The notes: generated from the letters alone by a model not told the origin. Counted from the first letter of the stretch, positions 47,727 through 57,838 are shown. The stretch is 61,235 bases of DNA from Borreliella garinii (GCA_020720765.1 DYOB01000005.1:1-61235), one strand, 5' to 3'. Numbers and translations: made by a program.

Positions 47727-49307
47727 ATGAACTATTATCAAAAGGCCGTACACGTAAGCCAGAGTCCAACCGCCCCGGGTAAACCCATTCCCCAAAAAGC
47801 CTTCGATATAACTGATTTATTTTCGGGTCCTTTGCGAGAAAATACAACGGATGATGCTCATTCGGTCCTCGATGAAAAACTCCGCAAGGCGTATTTTTGG
47901 GTAGTCAACCGGGCCCTTATCAGTCCTTTTTATGATATAGAATTCCATTCGGCTGTACCCCAGGAAATTCGTTTTGGAACCACCAGCAAACTTACCCTTC
48001 CTACCGGTCAAAGTTATTCAAGTTTTATTCTTCTTCCACTTTTAACCTTGATGGTACGCGGGAAATGTCTCTTTGTGGGTGGTCCAGGGCGTGGTAAAAC
48101 AGCCAGTGCTGTTTTGATGGGTTTGCTTGCCGGATACCCCCTCAAAGATATCCGGCGCGGAATCCAGCACGGACAGCCCCAGATGACGGTGTCGGACCTC
48201 TTGGGGAATCCCATTCCCTCAGATCTGATGAAAAGTGAAAACTTCGAATCTATCCGCATAGCCTGGAGAAAATGGCTTGGAATGAGGGTAAAAATCATCG
48301 ATGAATACAACCGGATTCCCACTAGAACCCAGAGTGCGCTGCTTACTGTTATGGCTGACAATTACGCCGAACTTATGGATCAAGTTTACGAATGCCCTGA
48401 TTCTGCTTGGTTTCTAACGGCAAATGACGACGCCGGAGGTGGGACCTACCAGGTCATCGAGGCCCTCCGCGACCGTATTGATGTCACAGTGCATGCCCCA
48501 CACTTTAACACGAGGTTTATCGGTGATCTTTTGGAGAGGGTGGAAAGTGATTACCACCCCGAAAAGGCAGTACCATCTGAAATAATTTTCTCAGAAGAAG
48601 AATTGAACCTGATCAATGACGCTGTCCGGGCCCAGCCCTTTCCCGACGGGATTAGAAAGAGGCTCGAATACTTTGCTGCCCAGTTTGAATTTATGGAAAG
48701 TGCCGGCGAAAGGATGGAATACAAAACCAAGGACCATATCAAACTCAGCGGTGAAGACTTCGGCCCTTGGTCGGAGAAGGAATCTTCCAAGGATAAAACC
48801 AAAGATCTCGGTTACCAGACTCAAAATGGATTAAGTGTCCGTAGCCTTTTTACATGCTTTAACTATATGAAAGCGCTTTCGTATTTCAGAGGAGCCCCGG
48901 AAGTCGAGCTCGAAGATGCACGGCAAATCCTGCCATTTGTTCTCCACGATAAACTTATCCCTTATAAAGAAGCCGCAATCTTTCAACAGGATGCTTACCA
49001 GGTCTTCCGTGTCGACCGTGTTTCCTGGATCAGAAAACTCTTCGATGAAAGTTGTAAACAGTACGAAAGCGCGGGTCTCGAAACTGCTGATATATCAGGG
49101 GCGCTTTCAAAGGAATTTATTAAAGGACTTGAAGGGTTGAGCGCGGGGGACACAAAGAAGAGAATGGCCCAAGTGGAGGCCCGTTTAAACGAAATAGCTT
49201 CGGGCAAAAAGATCTACGGACCAACCTTCGATGAGATTCTCCACCTCAAGTACCTCCATCAGCGCTACACGAATTATCTTGCCTGGGTCCAAACGAAGGC
49301 CCTATGA
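47727..49307 (+). CDS. MoxR-like AAA+ ATPase
   Basis: VGGPGRGKT Walker A, IIDEYNR Walker B, TQSALL, LTAN and EALRDR finger. Confidence 0.85.
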   Translation: MNYYQKAVHVSQSPTAPGKPIPQKAFDITDLFSGPLRENTTDDAHSVLDEKLRKAYFWVVNRALISPFYDIEFHSAVPQEIRFGTTSKLTLPTGQSYSSFILLPLLTLMVRGKCLFVGGPGRGKTASAVLMGLLAGYPLKDIRRGIQHGQPQMTVSDLLGNPIPSDLMKSENFESIRIAWRKWLGMRVKIIDEYNRIPTRTQSALLTVMADNYAELMDQVYECPDSAWFLTANDDAGGGTYQVIEALRDRIDVTVHAPHFNTRFIGDLLERVESDYHPEKAVPSEIIFSEEELNLINDAVRAQPFPDGIRKRLEYFAAQFEFMESAGERMEYKTKDHIKLSGEDFGPWSEKESSKDKTKDLGYQTQNGLSVRSLFTCFNYMKALSYFRGAPEVELEDARQILPFVLHDKLIPYKEAAIFQQDAYQVFRVDRVSWIRKLFDESCKQYESAGLETADISGALSKEFIKGLEGLSAGDTKKRMAQVEARLNEIASGKKIYGPTFDEILHLKYLHQRYTNYLAWVQTKAL

Positions 49308-50257
49308 AACTCTCGGGTAAGGTTGAAGAATTCTTAAAAATCCACCGTGACGAAGTCAATACACTTGTCCGCTCCAGTTCCTACCCGGGTTTTGACCAAG
49401 AAACAGCTGTATCAAACGGTTTGCTCTGGATGGAAAAAATTTTTCTTTTTTCGGGAAACTTAGGTTTTCAACCTTTAGTCCTCAGTCTCCAACTCACCCA
49501 AAAGGGATTGCTACAAAACAACTCTAACTTTCTTGCACCGATTGAAAGCTGGATTCGAGCCTTTCCTCGTGCTTTTTCAACTGATTCCATGGATGTCCTT
49601 ATAGACTGGACCCATCTCTTGCTGAGACTACGGCCTTATCCTGAAGTCCTCAACCGAGTTTTATCCTGGGTCACTCAGGTCTCTGGAAAAGATTTGAATG
49701 CTGATGCAGTACGTCGGTTATTGACAGCAGCTTCTTGGCTAGCCGGGCTTTCACCCTGGCGTCAAGCGGGTATGGAAAGCCTTGATGCCCTGCCGGTTTC
49801 GGTGTCTCGTGAGCTGAAAAATCTTGCTACTGGGACTTCAAACCCAGGGATTTGGTCTTCTCTCAAGATCAACCCTTTAGGGAATCAGTCCTGGACAAGG
49901 CTTATCGGCGGTGTTCAAGGGTTTTCAGGTGAATGGGCGAGTCCCCCTAAGGTTTTGAGTTTTAATGGAAAACTCCTGGTGCAGGCAGATTCTAGGACTT
50001 GGGAAATAGTTTCAGATTATTTCGGTAGCCTTCTGGTCCCATACAACGAAGAATTCCAGCAAAACCCTTCGGATCAAAAGAACACTGTGCAGTGGCGTGT
50101 CGCCGAAGATAACCTAATCAGCCCGAAAAATCTCCGCTATCCCTTCCCCTATGGTGACCCTCCTGGACTCGAAGGCGTAGAACTCTCTTCAGGATTGGCG
50201 GCGGTTGTAAGCCTGGAATTTTTTTCGGTTGTCCTCACCTTTAGGGGTATCGCGTGA
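49304..50257 (+). CDS. Hypothetical protein of the MoxR-VWA operon (helical N-terminus, beta-rich C-terminus)
   Basis: 317-aa ORF with ATGA/GTGA overlaps on both sides; IGGVQGFSGEWASPP motif. Confidence 0.75.
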   Translation: MKLSGKVEEFLKIHRDEVNTLVRSSSYPGFDQETAVSNGLLWMEKIFLFSGNLGFQPLVLSLQLTQKGLLQNNSNFLAPIESWIRAFPRAFSTDSMDVLIDWTHLLLRLRPYPEVLNRVLSWVTQVSGKDLNADAVRRLLTAASWLAGLSPWRQAGMESLDALPVSVSRELKNLATGTSNPGIWSSLKINPLGNQSWTRLIGGVQGFSGEWASPPKVLSFNGKLLVQADSRTWEIVSDYFGSLLVPYNEEFQQNPSDQKNTVQWRVAEDNLISPKNLRYPFPYGDPPGLEGVELSSGLAAVVSLEFFSVVLTFRGIA

Positions 50258-52005
50258 CCGAACCCGAAAGAGCTCTCCAGAAACTCTGGGCTGGAGATTG
50301 GACAACCGCTACGAAACTTTGGAGTCCCTATCTGAGGCTTCGTTATCCGTATTTTCTGTGGACCAAAGACCAGGAAAATGCCGAGGGTTTGACCGGAAGT
50401 TTTGCCATGATCCGGTTTATGGACACCCAGGTTGTGGTAAGCCTCCGTCAAGTTATACTCGAAGGGCTTGAGACTTTTGGTGTAATGATCTTAGCCCACG
50501 AGATAGGTCACCACATTTATGCCCCCGGAGATCTTACCCAACACGGACTTATGCTCGGTAGGATGAAGCGGATGTTACCGGGGGCCGAGACCCGGGCTGC
50601 AGAGATTGCCAACCTGTACACCGATTTGTTTATCAACAACAGGTTAAAAATCCGCCATGGTTTACCTCTTGAACAAATCTATGAAAAAATTTCCAATGAG
50701 CAGCAGACATCCCGGCTCTTTTTATGGTACTTGAGGATTTACGAGCTCCTTTGGGACTTAAAACAGAAAACCCTCGCTAAAGGAGACTTACTACCTGAAG
50801 AAGAAGGGGATGCAATTTTAGCGAGCCGCATTATCCGACGGTTTGCCGAACATCCGGTTCAAGCCGCAGGGCGTTTCGCCGCTTTGGCTTTATCCAGGCT
50901 CGAAGCGGATAAGGCTGGATCTAAAGAGAACCGCTTAAAATGGATGGATACCTTAAATTCGGCCCAAGGGTCGGAAATCCCTGAAGGGCTGATTTTTGAT
51001 GACATCGAGGGTGAAGATACCCAGCACCCTGCACTTGATACAACCCTGAATGATCTTAACTCCGAGGAGGCACCATCCTCTGAGAAGAAGGAAATTACTG
51101 GGGGCCCGGGCCAAAAACGGTCTCCCGACGCTTTTGTTCATTTGTTATACGATATGGGTTTGAAGATTCCGGTTGAAGACGCGGTGATGAAATATTACAG
51201 GGAATTGGCTGCACCACTTTTAATTCCATTTCCTAAACGTTCACGACCTCCATCGACGGAAACTTTGCCTGAAGGTCTGGATATTTGGGACGTAGGACGG
51301 CCTTTGGAAAAAATCGACTGGTTGGAATCCCTTCTCAGAGGTCCGTACGTCATCCCGGGAGTTACAACCGTCGAAAGGCTGGAAGGTGAGAGCCCGGGGG
51401 CCGAGAAGACCCATAAACCCCTGAACCTCGATATTTATGTCGACAGTTCGGGTTCTATCCCCGACCCCAGGGTCAATTTCAGTCCCTTATGCTTGGCGGG
51501 TGCGGTGATGGCTACGTCTGCCCTACGTGCGGGGGCTAAGGTCAGGGTCGTCCTTTGGAGTGATACGGGACAGGTAAAAAGCACGAAAGGTTTTACCCGG
51601 GATTTGAAGGACATCTTTCATACTCTTACAAGTTACTTCGGCTCCGGAACAGCCTTCCCGATACAAAACATGACCAACTTTTACGAGGCACCCACAGGGG
51701 CCGACCGTCTGGAAAAAGGGGAAAAAAACCATATTCTTGTTATCAGCGACGAAGGGATCAACACGATGTTGGTTTCTTCCGAAACTCCCGAGGCTGTCGA
51801 TGTTCGCCTTCGGGGCATCTTGGAAAAGGCGGGCGGCGGAGGCAGTCTCGTCCTCAATCTCTACGATCAAACGTGGATCAACGGTAATATAGGAAGACGT
51901 TTCACCAGCCAAGGATGGGTGGTTTATAGAGTACAGAGTTGGGAAGAGACGGTAATCTTTGCTAAGGATTTCAGCAAAAAAACCTGGGGAGGAAAGATTG
52001 AATAG
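50254..52005 (+). CDS. HExxH metallopeptidase-like domain fused to a C-terminal VWA domain
   Basis: LAHEIGHH followed by ANLYTDLFINNRL; MIDAS IYVDSSGS, SGTAFP and ILVISDEG. Confidence 0.85.
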   Translation: MTEPERALQKLWAGDWTTATKLWSPYLRLRYPYFLWTKDQENAEGLTGSFAMIRFMDTQVVVSLRQVILEGLETFGVMILAHEIGHHIYAPGDLTQHGLMLGRMKRMLPGAETRAAEIANLYTDLFINNRLKIRHGLPLEQIYEKISNEQQTSRLFLWYLRIYELLWDLKQKTLAKGDLLPEEEGDAILASRIIRRFAEHPVQAAGRFAALALSRLEADKAGSKENRLKWMDTLNSAQGSEIPEGLIFDDIEGEDTQHPALDTTLNDLNSEEAPSSEKKEITGGPGQKRSPDAFVHLLYDMGLKIPVEDAVMKYYRELAAPLLIPFPKRSRPPSTETLPEGLDIWDVGRPLEKIDWLESLLRGPYVIPGVTTVERLEGESPGAEKTHKPLNLDIYVDSSGSIPDPRVNFSPLCLAGAVMATSALRAGAKVRVVLWSDTGQVKSTKGFTRDLKDIFHTLTSYFGSGTAFPIQNMTNFYEAPTGADRLEKGEKNHILVISDEGINTMLVSSETPEAVDVRLRGILEKAGGGGSLVLNLYDQTWINGNIGRRFTSQGWVVYRVQSWEETVIFAKDFSKKTWGGKIE

Positions 52006-52549
52006 TATCCATTGGGAAGAACTCGACAACCACCTCAGAAGTATCAACACGCCCTGGTCTATCGGCGAGGCTGTTCCAATAAAGACGCTTTTCAACGAAC
52101 TCTTTCTCAGGCAATCGGGCCGGTTTCCGGATTACCAACTTTACAATTCCCTTATGGAACCGCTTGCGGAACCTGCATCAAAACTCCTCAAGTTGGTGCT
52201 GTGGATACTGACACAACCGATTTTTTATCTGAGTGGAGAATGGACAAGAGGGTTTTGGAATCTTCTAGAGAAGGTGGGAGTTCTTGCATCCTATGTTGCA
52301 CCGGGACTTTTTTTAAAAGACCCTGAGCGGCGTGAAGAGTTGGTGCGTCTAGTTATGTCGGGTATGAATGTCGGTGTTGAAGGTGAAACTCCTGAAAAAG
52401 GCCTGGAAAGAAGCGTGACTCTCGACTCAGTAGCGAGGGCCAAAATTCTCCAGGAAACCCGTGCGGCCCAGGCCCGTGCCCAAGCCATCCGTGAAGCCTT
52501 GGCCAAACAGCAGGCGGAAGAAGCTGCGAGCAAATACAACAGGGAATAG
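51998..52549 (+). CDS. Hypothetical helical protein with a C-terminal coiled coil (TTG start at 51998)
   Basis: GGAGG SD; DPERREELVR, GETPE...LDS and AEEAASKYNRE. Confidence 0.75.
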   Translation: MNSIHWEELDNHLRSINTPWSIGEAVPIKTLFNELFLRQSGRFPDYQLYNSLMEPLAEPASKLLKLVLWILTQPIFYLSGEWTRGFWNLLEKVGVLASYVAPGLFLKDPERREELVRLVMSGMNVGVEGETPEKGLERSVTLDSVARAKILQETRAAQARAQAIREALAKQQAEEAASKYNRE

Positions 52550-52557
52550 GGGTAAAG

Positions 52558-53895
52558 ATGCAGGATTTGATTTGGCCAGAATATATTAGCAGGATTCCAG
52601 GGTGGCAGGAAAATTTCAGGGAATCCATAATACTTTTAAATAACGAAGATGCACCTGTCTGGACAGGGTTCTGCGGCGACAGGAGGACTCGGGAGGATGA
52701 GGCTTTTATCGACGCCTTCGCTAATACATTACGTTACCCTTGGAATCGTTTTTCCTCTGATGTACCCGAAGGGATTTTAAATTGGGTTCAGGAGAGGAAG
52801 GATGACACGTTATGGTTTCGTAAAAATCTTCAGTTTCAGGATTTGGATCAATGGACGTCGCTCCCAACGATGACCCGTCACGACCTTGCATTGAGACTGG
52901 AAGAAATCATACCCGAGAACGCCGACTTGAAGGGGCTTGTGATCAACCCGACTTCCGGGACTTCAGGCCAGGTGCTCCTATGTCCCAACCATCCGCGGGC
53001 AGTGGGGTGTTACGATGCTGTGCTGGAATATGCCCTTGAACTCTACGGTATTCATTGGGATTTATCCCCGGGAAAAACAGTAGCCGTCCAGGTATGTTAC
53101 CAAACGGAGACACTGACGTATTGCACCACGCATGGTCGGCATAAGGGGGCTGGTTTTGCAAAAGTCAACCTCCATCCGGCTTATTGGTCCCGGGCCCAGG
53201 CCTGGTTTGACAAGGTCCGGCCGCAGATCCTTACGGGGGACCCCTGGAGTTTTCAGCAAATGGTAAAGTTGGGAATTAAAACTAAGCCCAAAGCGCTCCT
53301 TTCTACCAGCCTCCAGGTGACCGGGGAGCTTCGGGGTTTATGGGAGCAATTCTTTCAATGTCCGGTGATCGATCTGTATTCCCTTAACGAGACCGGGCCC
53401 TTGGGAATTTCACTCCCGGGGGAACCTTCTGTTTTCCGTCAGATCTCCGAGGATGTTTTTCTGGAAACCGACCCGATAACCGGTGAACTCCTCGTCACCG
53501 GGGGAAGAAACCCCTACCTTCCGCTTTTTCGGTACCGTACAGGGGATAAAGCAAGTTTTGTCCAGGGGAATGATTCTCATCCACGGTTCCAGCTTATACA
53601 ATCGCGCCAGCTTGTAGTTTGGGAAAAGGCGGATGGGTCGCACACCCAGCCGCTGGAAGTATCCCGGATTTTACGCGACTACCCCGAGGTTCTTAAACAT
53701 AACATCGAAGTTATCAACCCGAGGCATATTGTCTTGCATGTAAAAGTTGAGGGCGAAGCGCAAACGATAATACAAGAGGTTGAAGAAAGGCTTGCTTCTT
53801 TCTGGGAAGGTAACCTGGAGGCTGGGAAATCGGGACGCCGAGGGTTCGCATACACCTCGTCTAGTACAGTCCGCGTCGATACCTTGGTCGAATGA
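52558..53895 (+). CDS. CapK/phenylacetate-CoA ligase-like adenylate-forming enzyme
   Basis: PTSGTSG P-loop, DLYSLNETG and PLFRYRTGD. Confidence 0.85.
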   Translation: MQDLIWPEYISRIPGWQENFRESIILLNNEDAPVWTGFCGDRRTREDEAFIDAFANTLRYPWNRFSSDVPEGILNWVQERKDDTLWFRKNLQFQDLDQWTSLPTMTRHDLALRLEEIIPENADLKGLVINPTSGTSGQVLLCPNHPRAVGCYDAVLEYALELYGIHWDLSPGKTVAVQVCYQTETLTYCTTHGRHKGAGFAKVNLHPAYWSRAQAWFDKVRPQILTGDPWSFQQMVKLGIKTKPKALLSTSLQVTGELRGLWEQFFQCPVIDLYSLNETGPLGISLPGEPSVFRQISEDVFLETDPITGELLVTGGRNPYLPLFRYRTGDKASFVQGNDSHPRFQLIQSRQLVVWEKADGSHTQPLEVSRILRDYPEVLKHNIEVINPRHIVLHVKVEGEAQTIIQEVEERLASFWEGNLEAGKSGRRGFAYTSSSTVRVDTLVE

Positions 53896-54557
53896 ATATT
53901 TTTAGCGTAGAATTTTATCTCTTTGACCTTCTGGGATGGAAACCCAGCCTGATGGAAGTCTTAGGTGTAACCAGCGGATTTATGACCGTCTACCTCACTT
54001 CGAAGGAGCGGCTATCGAGTTGGCCCTGGGGAATGGCAAATGCACTCTTTTTTACCCTTGTGCTTTTTCAAGTTCAACTCTACTGGGACACCTTTCTCAA
54101 TGTCTTTTATTTTGTAGCGAGCGCTGTCGGTTGGTACGTTTGGCTCCACCCAGGAAAAAAAGACGCAACCCAAGAAAGCAGGGGAAGGGGGAGCCTTGCG
54201 GTGAGCGGACTTATCTTTCCTTGGCATTTTATTATTATTGGTATCATCGGAATCGGTACTGTCACGGGAGGATTCCTCGGAGCCCGTATTCATCTTTGGC
54301 TGCCCATGATCTTCAGCCAACAGGCCTCTTTACCCTACCTTGATGCTTTTGTTACTTTAACTTCACTGACAGCCTTCGGTCTCCAGTTAAGAAAAAAATG
54401 GGAGAGTTGGGTCCTTTGGATATTGGTTGATATCGTCTCCGTCATCCTTTTTTCATACAGAGGAATTTATTTGATGGCTTTCATCTACGCTGTTTTCGGT
54501 GGGGTTGCTTACTTGGGGTTAGGTCAATGGACCACGGCGAAGAAGCAAAAACAATGA
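53892..54557 (+). CDS. pnuC: Nicotinamide riboside transporter PnuC family
   Basis: EVLGV, SWPWG, LPYLDAFVT and KKWESWVLWILVD; multiple TMs. Confidence 0.9.
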   Translation: MNIFSVEFYLFDLLGWKPSLMEVLGVTSGFMTVYLTSKERLSSWPWGMANALFFTLVLFQVQLYWDTFLNVFYFVASAVGWYVWLHPGKKDATQESRGRGSLAVSGLIFPWHFIIIGIIGIGTVTGGFLGARIHLWLPMIFSQQASLPYLDAFVTLTSLTAFGLQLRKKWESWVLWILVDIVSVILFSYRGIYLMAFIYAVFGGVAYLGLGQWTTAKKQKQ

Positions 54558-55531
54558 ACCATACTGCACTTATTATTGGGAAATTCATGCCCTTCCATCA
54601 GGGTCACATCGAGTTGGTCGATTGGACCTTAACATGGGCTAGGGAGGTAATCGTCCTAGTCGGAGTCTTGGCAAAAGAACCGATAGGCGGGCCGCTTCGA
54701 TGGGAGTGGGTTAGCAGGTACTACCTGAACAATCCTCGAGTCCGGGTGGAATACACGGATGAAGCGCTCCCGACGGCTCCGGTACCCGACCCGGAAGTGA
54801 GTAAAGTTTGGGGTGCCTACTTAAAAAAAAGATTCCCTGACGCAACTTGTATCAGTGCGAGCGAAGGGTACGCTCCGATGGTCGCAGGTGCCATGGGAAT
54901 CAGCTCAAAGGTTTTTGATATTCAACGTGAAAAGGTGAATATCTCCGCCACTAAAATCAGGGCAAACCCCTGGAAATATTGGGAGTATTTGCCAGAGGTC
55001 GTGCGACCGTATTATAGAAAAAAGGTCGCACTTGTGGGTGCTGAATCCACAGGGAAAACAACGCTTGCCGAAAAATTGGCACGGCATTTTTCGACCTTAT
55101 GGGTTCCGGAACTGGCTCGTGCCATTATCGATAAAGCCGGGGGATATTCCGAAAAACTTCTGGGGAACATTGTTTGGAGCCAGGAAGAGGCTGTAAGGAA
55201 TGCAGCTGACAAGTTCCGCCGTTGGCTTTTTGTGGATTCGGACTTTCTGACGACGTGTTTTTACGCAAGGAAATTCTCCGGACCATCCTTTGTACCGCCC
55301 ATCACACCGCTTCTAAAATCTACCCATGATTACGACCTCTACCTTTTTTGCGAACCCGACATCCCCTATAAGAAAGACTCTCAACGGTCGGAAACCGATA
55401 ACCGTGCAGAGGATTCGCAGACGATGTTGGAAATGTACCAAAAAACAAAAACTCCCCTCTACCATGTTAAAGGTATAGGGGAGAATCGACTGAAAAATGC
55501 GTTGGAAATCCTTGGAAGTATCACTGATTGA
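54554..55531 (+). CDS. nadR: NadR-like bifunctional NMN adenylyltransferase/ribosylnicotinamide kinase (no HTH)
   Basis: GKFMPFHQGH (HxGH), NISATKIR, GAESTGKTT and YDLYL; ATGA overlap with pnuC. Confidence 0.9.
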   Translation: MNHTALIIGKFMPFHQGHIELVDWTLTWAREVIVLVGVLAKEPIGGPLRWEWVSRYYLNNPRVRVEYTDEALPTAPVPDPEVSKVWGAYLKKRFPDATCISASEGYAPMVAGAMGISSKVFDIQREKVNISATKIRANPWKYWEYLPEVVRPYYRKKVALVGAESTGKTTLAEKLARHFSTLWVPELARAIIDKAGGYSEKLLGNIVWSQEEAVRNAADKFRRWLFVDSDFLTTCFYARKFSGPSFVPPITPLLKSTHDYDLYLFCEPDIPYKKDSQRSETDNRAEDSQTMLEMYQKTKTPLYHVKGIGENRLKNALEILGSITD

Positions 55532-55533
55532 GA

Positions 55534-56142
55534 CTAAAGAGCTTTTTTATACAATTCTCCGACTTTATCCCAGTTGATAACGTTAAAAATTGCTGAAAGA
55601 TAGTCGGGTCTCTTATTCTGGTATTTGAGATAGTAGGCGTGCTCCCAAACATCAATACCCAGAATAGGAATATCCTTTTCCATAACCGGGCTGTCCTGGT
55701 TAGGGGTGCTGTAAACAGCTAAGGTTGAATCAGGTTTTACAACAAGCCAAGACCAACCAGATCCGAACCTTGACGCACCTGCTTTTGTCAAGAGGTCTTT
55801 GAGTTGATCGTAGCCGCCGAACGTTTCGTTGATCTTAGCAGAGAGCTCACCCACCGGCGACTTGGATCCTCCGGGTGTCAGAATCTCCCAGAAAAGGGTG
55901 TGATTTGCGTGACCGCCGCCGTTATTGCGGACTACTGTGCGTTTATCCTCCGGAAGTTTAGCCAGGTTTTGGAGAACCTTATCCAAATCCCAGTGTTCCG
56001 CCTCGTGGCCTGCTAAAGCGGCGTTGAGGTTGTTCACATAAGCCTGGTGATGTTTGCCATGGTGGATTTCCATAGTCAACGTATCAATAAAAGGCTCGAG
56101 AGAATTAGCGGGGTACGCCAAAGCCTGAAGGGAGAAAGCCAT
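55534..56142 (-). CDS. sodA: Superoxide dismutase (Mn/Fe family, Mn-type signature)
   Basis: [20 protein letters not shown] and DVWEHAYY. Confidence 0.95.
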   Translation of the reverse strand: MAFSLQALAYPANSLEPFIDTLTMEIHHGKHHQAYVNNLNAALAGHEAEHWDLDKVLQNLAKLPEDKRTVVRNNGGGHANHTLFWEILTPGGSKSPVGELSAKINETFGGYDQLKDLLTKAGASRFGSGWSWLVVKPDSTLAVYSTPNQDSPVMEKDIPILGIDVWEHAYYLKYQNKRPDYLSAIFNVINWDKVGELYKKAL

Positions 56143-56212
56143 ATTTTACTCCTTTATAAATATCTTCCTGAAAGATAAACATATTTTTTAAGATTAGGAA
56201 ATTTTTATGCGA

Positions 56213-56329
56213 GAACCGCTTTCAGAAATAAAAGACGATGCGAAAACCGGAGTTTACTGGGGGTAAATGAGGATTTGAGCGAGTTTTTTCACACTGATAA
56301 ACTCTCCGCAGGAGTTTTGAAAGCGGTTC
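56213..56329. mobile_element. 117-bp MITE/RPE-like palindromic element
   Basis: Perfect 12-bp terminal IR GAACCGCTTTCA/TGAAAGCGGTTC; central ACCGGAGTTTAC-n5-GTAAATGAGGATTTGAG core. Confidence 0.65.
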
Positions 56330-56332
56330 AAG

Positions 56333-56356
56333 GCATCCCTGAAGTTTCAGGGATGC
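56333..56356 (-). terminator. Hairpin downstream of the PPIase gene (terminator-like)
   Basis: GCATCCCTGAA-gt-TTCAGGGATGC perfect IR; U tract weak. Confidence 0.55.
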
Positions 56357-56363
56357 GCTAAAG

Positions 56364-57431
56364 TTATTGTACCTTGATCAGTGTGACTTCGAAGATAAGC
56401 CAAGAATTGGGAGGAATGACAGGAGGTGATCCTCTTTCACCGTACCCCAACTGGGGAGGAATTATTAAAGTGCGTTCCTCACCGGGCCGCATATCGATTA
56501 AAGCCTCGTCCCAACCCGAGATGACCATACCTATCCCAACTTGAAAATCGATAGGCTCTGAACGGCGGAAACTGGAGTCGAAGACACTGCCGTCTAAGAG
56601 TTTGCCTTCATAGTGTGCGCTGATGGTTGCACCTTTGGCGGGTTTGTTTCCATTTCCCGACTTTTTAACGATGTAGCGCAGACCCGAGCTGGTAATAGTT
56701 GCACCCGGCCAGCGTGATTCGATTTCAGCCATAACTGAAGCATTCCTCTCCGCTACGGCACGAATCTGCTGGGCCTGCATATCATCCATCATGGTCTGAA
56801 AACTTACTGCTGTCGGTCTAAAGGCTTCGGCTTCTGTCCCGTTGCGGATGATCGAAAGAGTGAGGATTTGGTCGCCTTTCTGAATGCTGTCTACCACGTC
56901 CTGGCCCTTAATCACGTGTCCAAAAACAGTATGTTTTCCATCAAGGTGGGGAGTGGGAACATGGGTAATAAAAAATTGCGAACCATTGGTTCCGGGACCA
57001 GCATTTGCCATGCTCAATATTCCGGGTCTATCGTGTTTCAGATCTGTGATTTCATCAGGAAATTTATAACCTGGGCCGCCCGTACCATTACCCAAGGGAT
57101 CTCCGCCCTGGATCATAAAACCGGCAATTACACGGTGGAAAACCAATCCGTCGTAAAAGGGTTGTCCTCTTCTCACCTGAGGTTCAAGCGCTCCCTCTGC
57201 CAATCCCACAAAATTTGCAACAGTGACGGGGGTTTTCTTGAATTCAAGAGAGAGTATAATATCACCCTTGTTGGTTTTCATCAGGGCAAATAATCCATTT
57301 CCCTGGTTTTTTATAAAGTCCACGCTTTCTCCTTGTATGGCCTGAGTTGAATTGTTACTCTGAGACTGGCTTCCGCACGATGTTAATACTCCGAAGATCA
57401 TGGGGAGAACCAAGAATAAATTTCGTTTCAT
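56364..57431 (-). CDS. Cyclophilin-FKBP dual-family peptidyl-prolyl isomerase, lipoprotein
   Basis: Lipobox VLTSC; cyclophilin [15 protein letters not shown]...SMANAG...NGSQFFIT; FKBP HYEGKL.DG..FDSS...VISGWDE...IPPNS.LIFEV. Confidence 0.95.
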   Translation of the reverse strand: MKRNLFLVLPMIFGVLTSCGSQSQSNNSTQAIQGESVDFIKNQGNGLFALMKTNKGDIILSLEFKKTPVTVANFVGLAEGALEPQVRRGQPFYDGLVFHRVIAGFMIQGGDPLGNGTGGPGYKFPDEITDLKHDRPGILSMANAGPGTNGSQFFITHVPTPHLDGKHTVFGHVIKGQDVVDSIQKGDQILTLSIIRNGTEAEAFRPTAVSFQTMMDDMQAQQIRAVAERNASVMAEIESRWPGATITSSGLRYIVKKSGNGNKPAKGATISAHYEGKLLDGSVFDSSFRRSEPIDFQVGIGMVISGWDEALIDMRPGEERTLIIPPQLGYGERGSPPVIPPNSWLIFEVTLIKVQ

Positions 57432-57466
57432 ATTACCTCCACCCAGAATCTATCATAAGATTATCT

Positions 57467-57838
57467 CTATGAAAAGCAGTAGGTTTTAAGAAGGACTTCC
57501 AAATCCGACATACGTACGGGTTTGAGAAGGCTGGAGCTAAAACCCAAATTTTCAAGGTTTGTCTTATCTGAAAGAATATCGTCACCGCTGACCACGACCA
57601 TAGGGGGGCATGGGTGGATTTCAGCTTTAATACGGGCTGCGGTCTGAGTTCCGCTTATTCCGATAAGGTTCCAATCGAGTAAAATTAAATCGGCTTTTGA
57701 TTTTTTTAGCCATTCGACGGCGGGTTCTCCAGAGGCAAAGGCGGTGACAAAAGCGCCGAGCCGTCCCAAAAGACGGCTCAGCACCTCCCTGTTCCCTTGA
57801 TCGTCATCGACTAGGAGAACAGAACAGGGTTCTGACAA
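57467..57838 (-). CDS. Single-domain response regulator (receiver)
   Basis: VLLVDDD, DLILLDW, VVSG and LLKP. Confidence 0.9.
   Translation of the reverse strand: MSEPCSVLLVDDDQGNREVLSRLLGRLGAFVTAFASGEPAVEWLKKSKADLILLDWNLIGISGTQTAARIKAEIHPCPPMVVVSGDDILSDKTNLENLGFSSSLLKPVRMSDLEVLLKTYCFS

Noticed and set aside
53810-53891. NAD riboswitch or NrtR operator upstream of pnuC
   Set aside because: The region is coding (ligase C-terminus) and I could not see a convincing structure or palindrome; an Infernal/Rfam scan would settle it.
56143-56212. Fur/PerR box upstream of sodA
   Set aside because: AT-rich, but with no convincing match to GATAATGATAATCATTATC or TTATAATnATTATAA.
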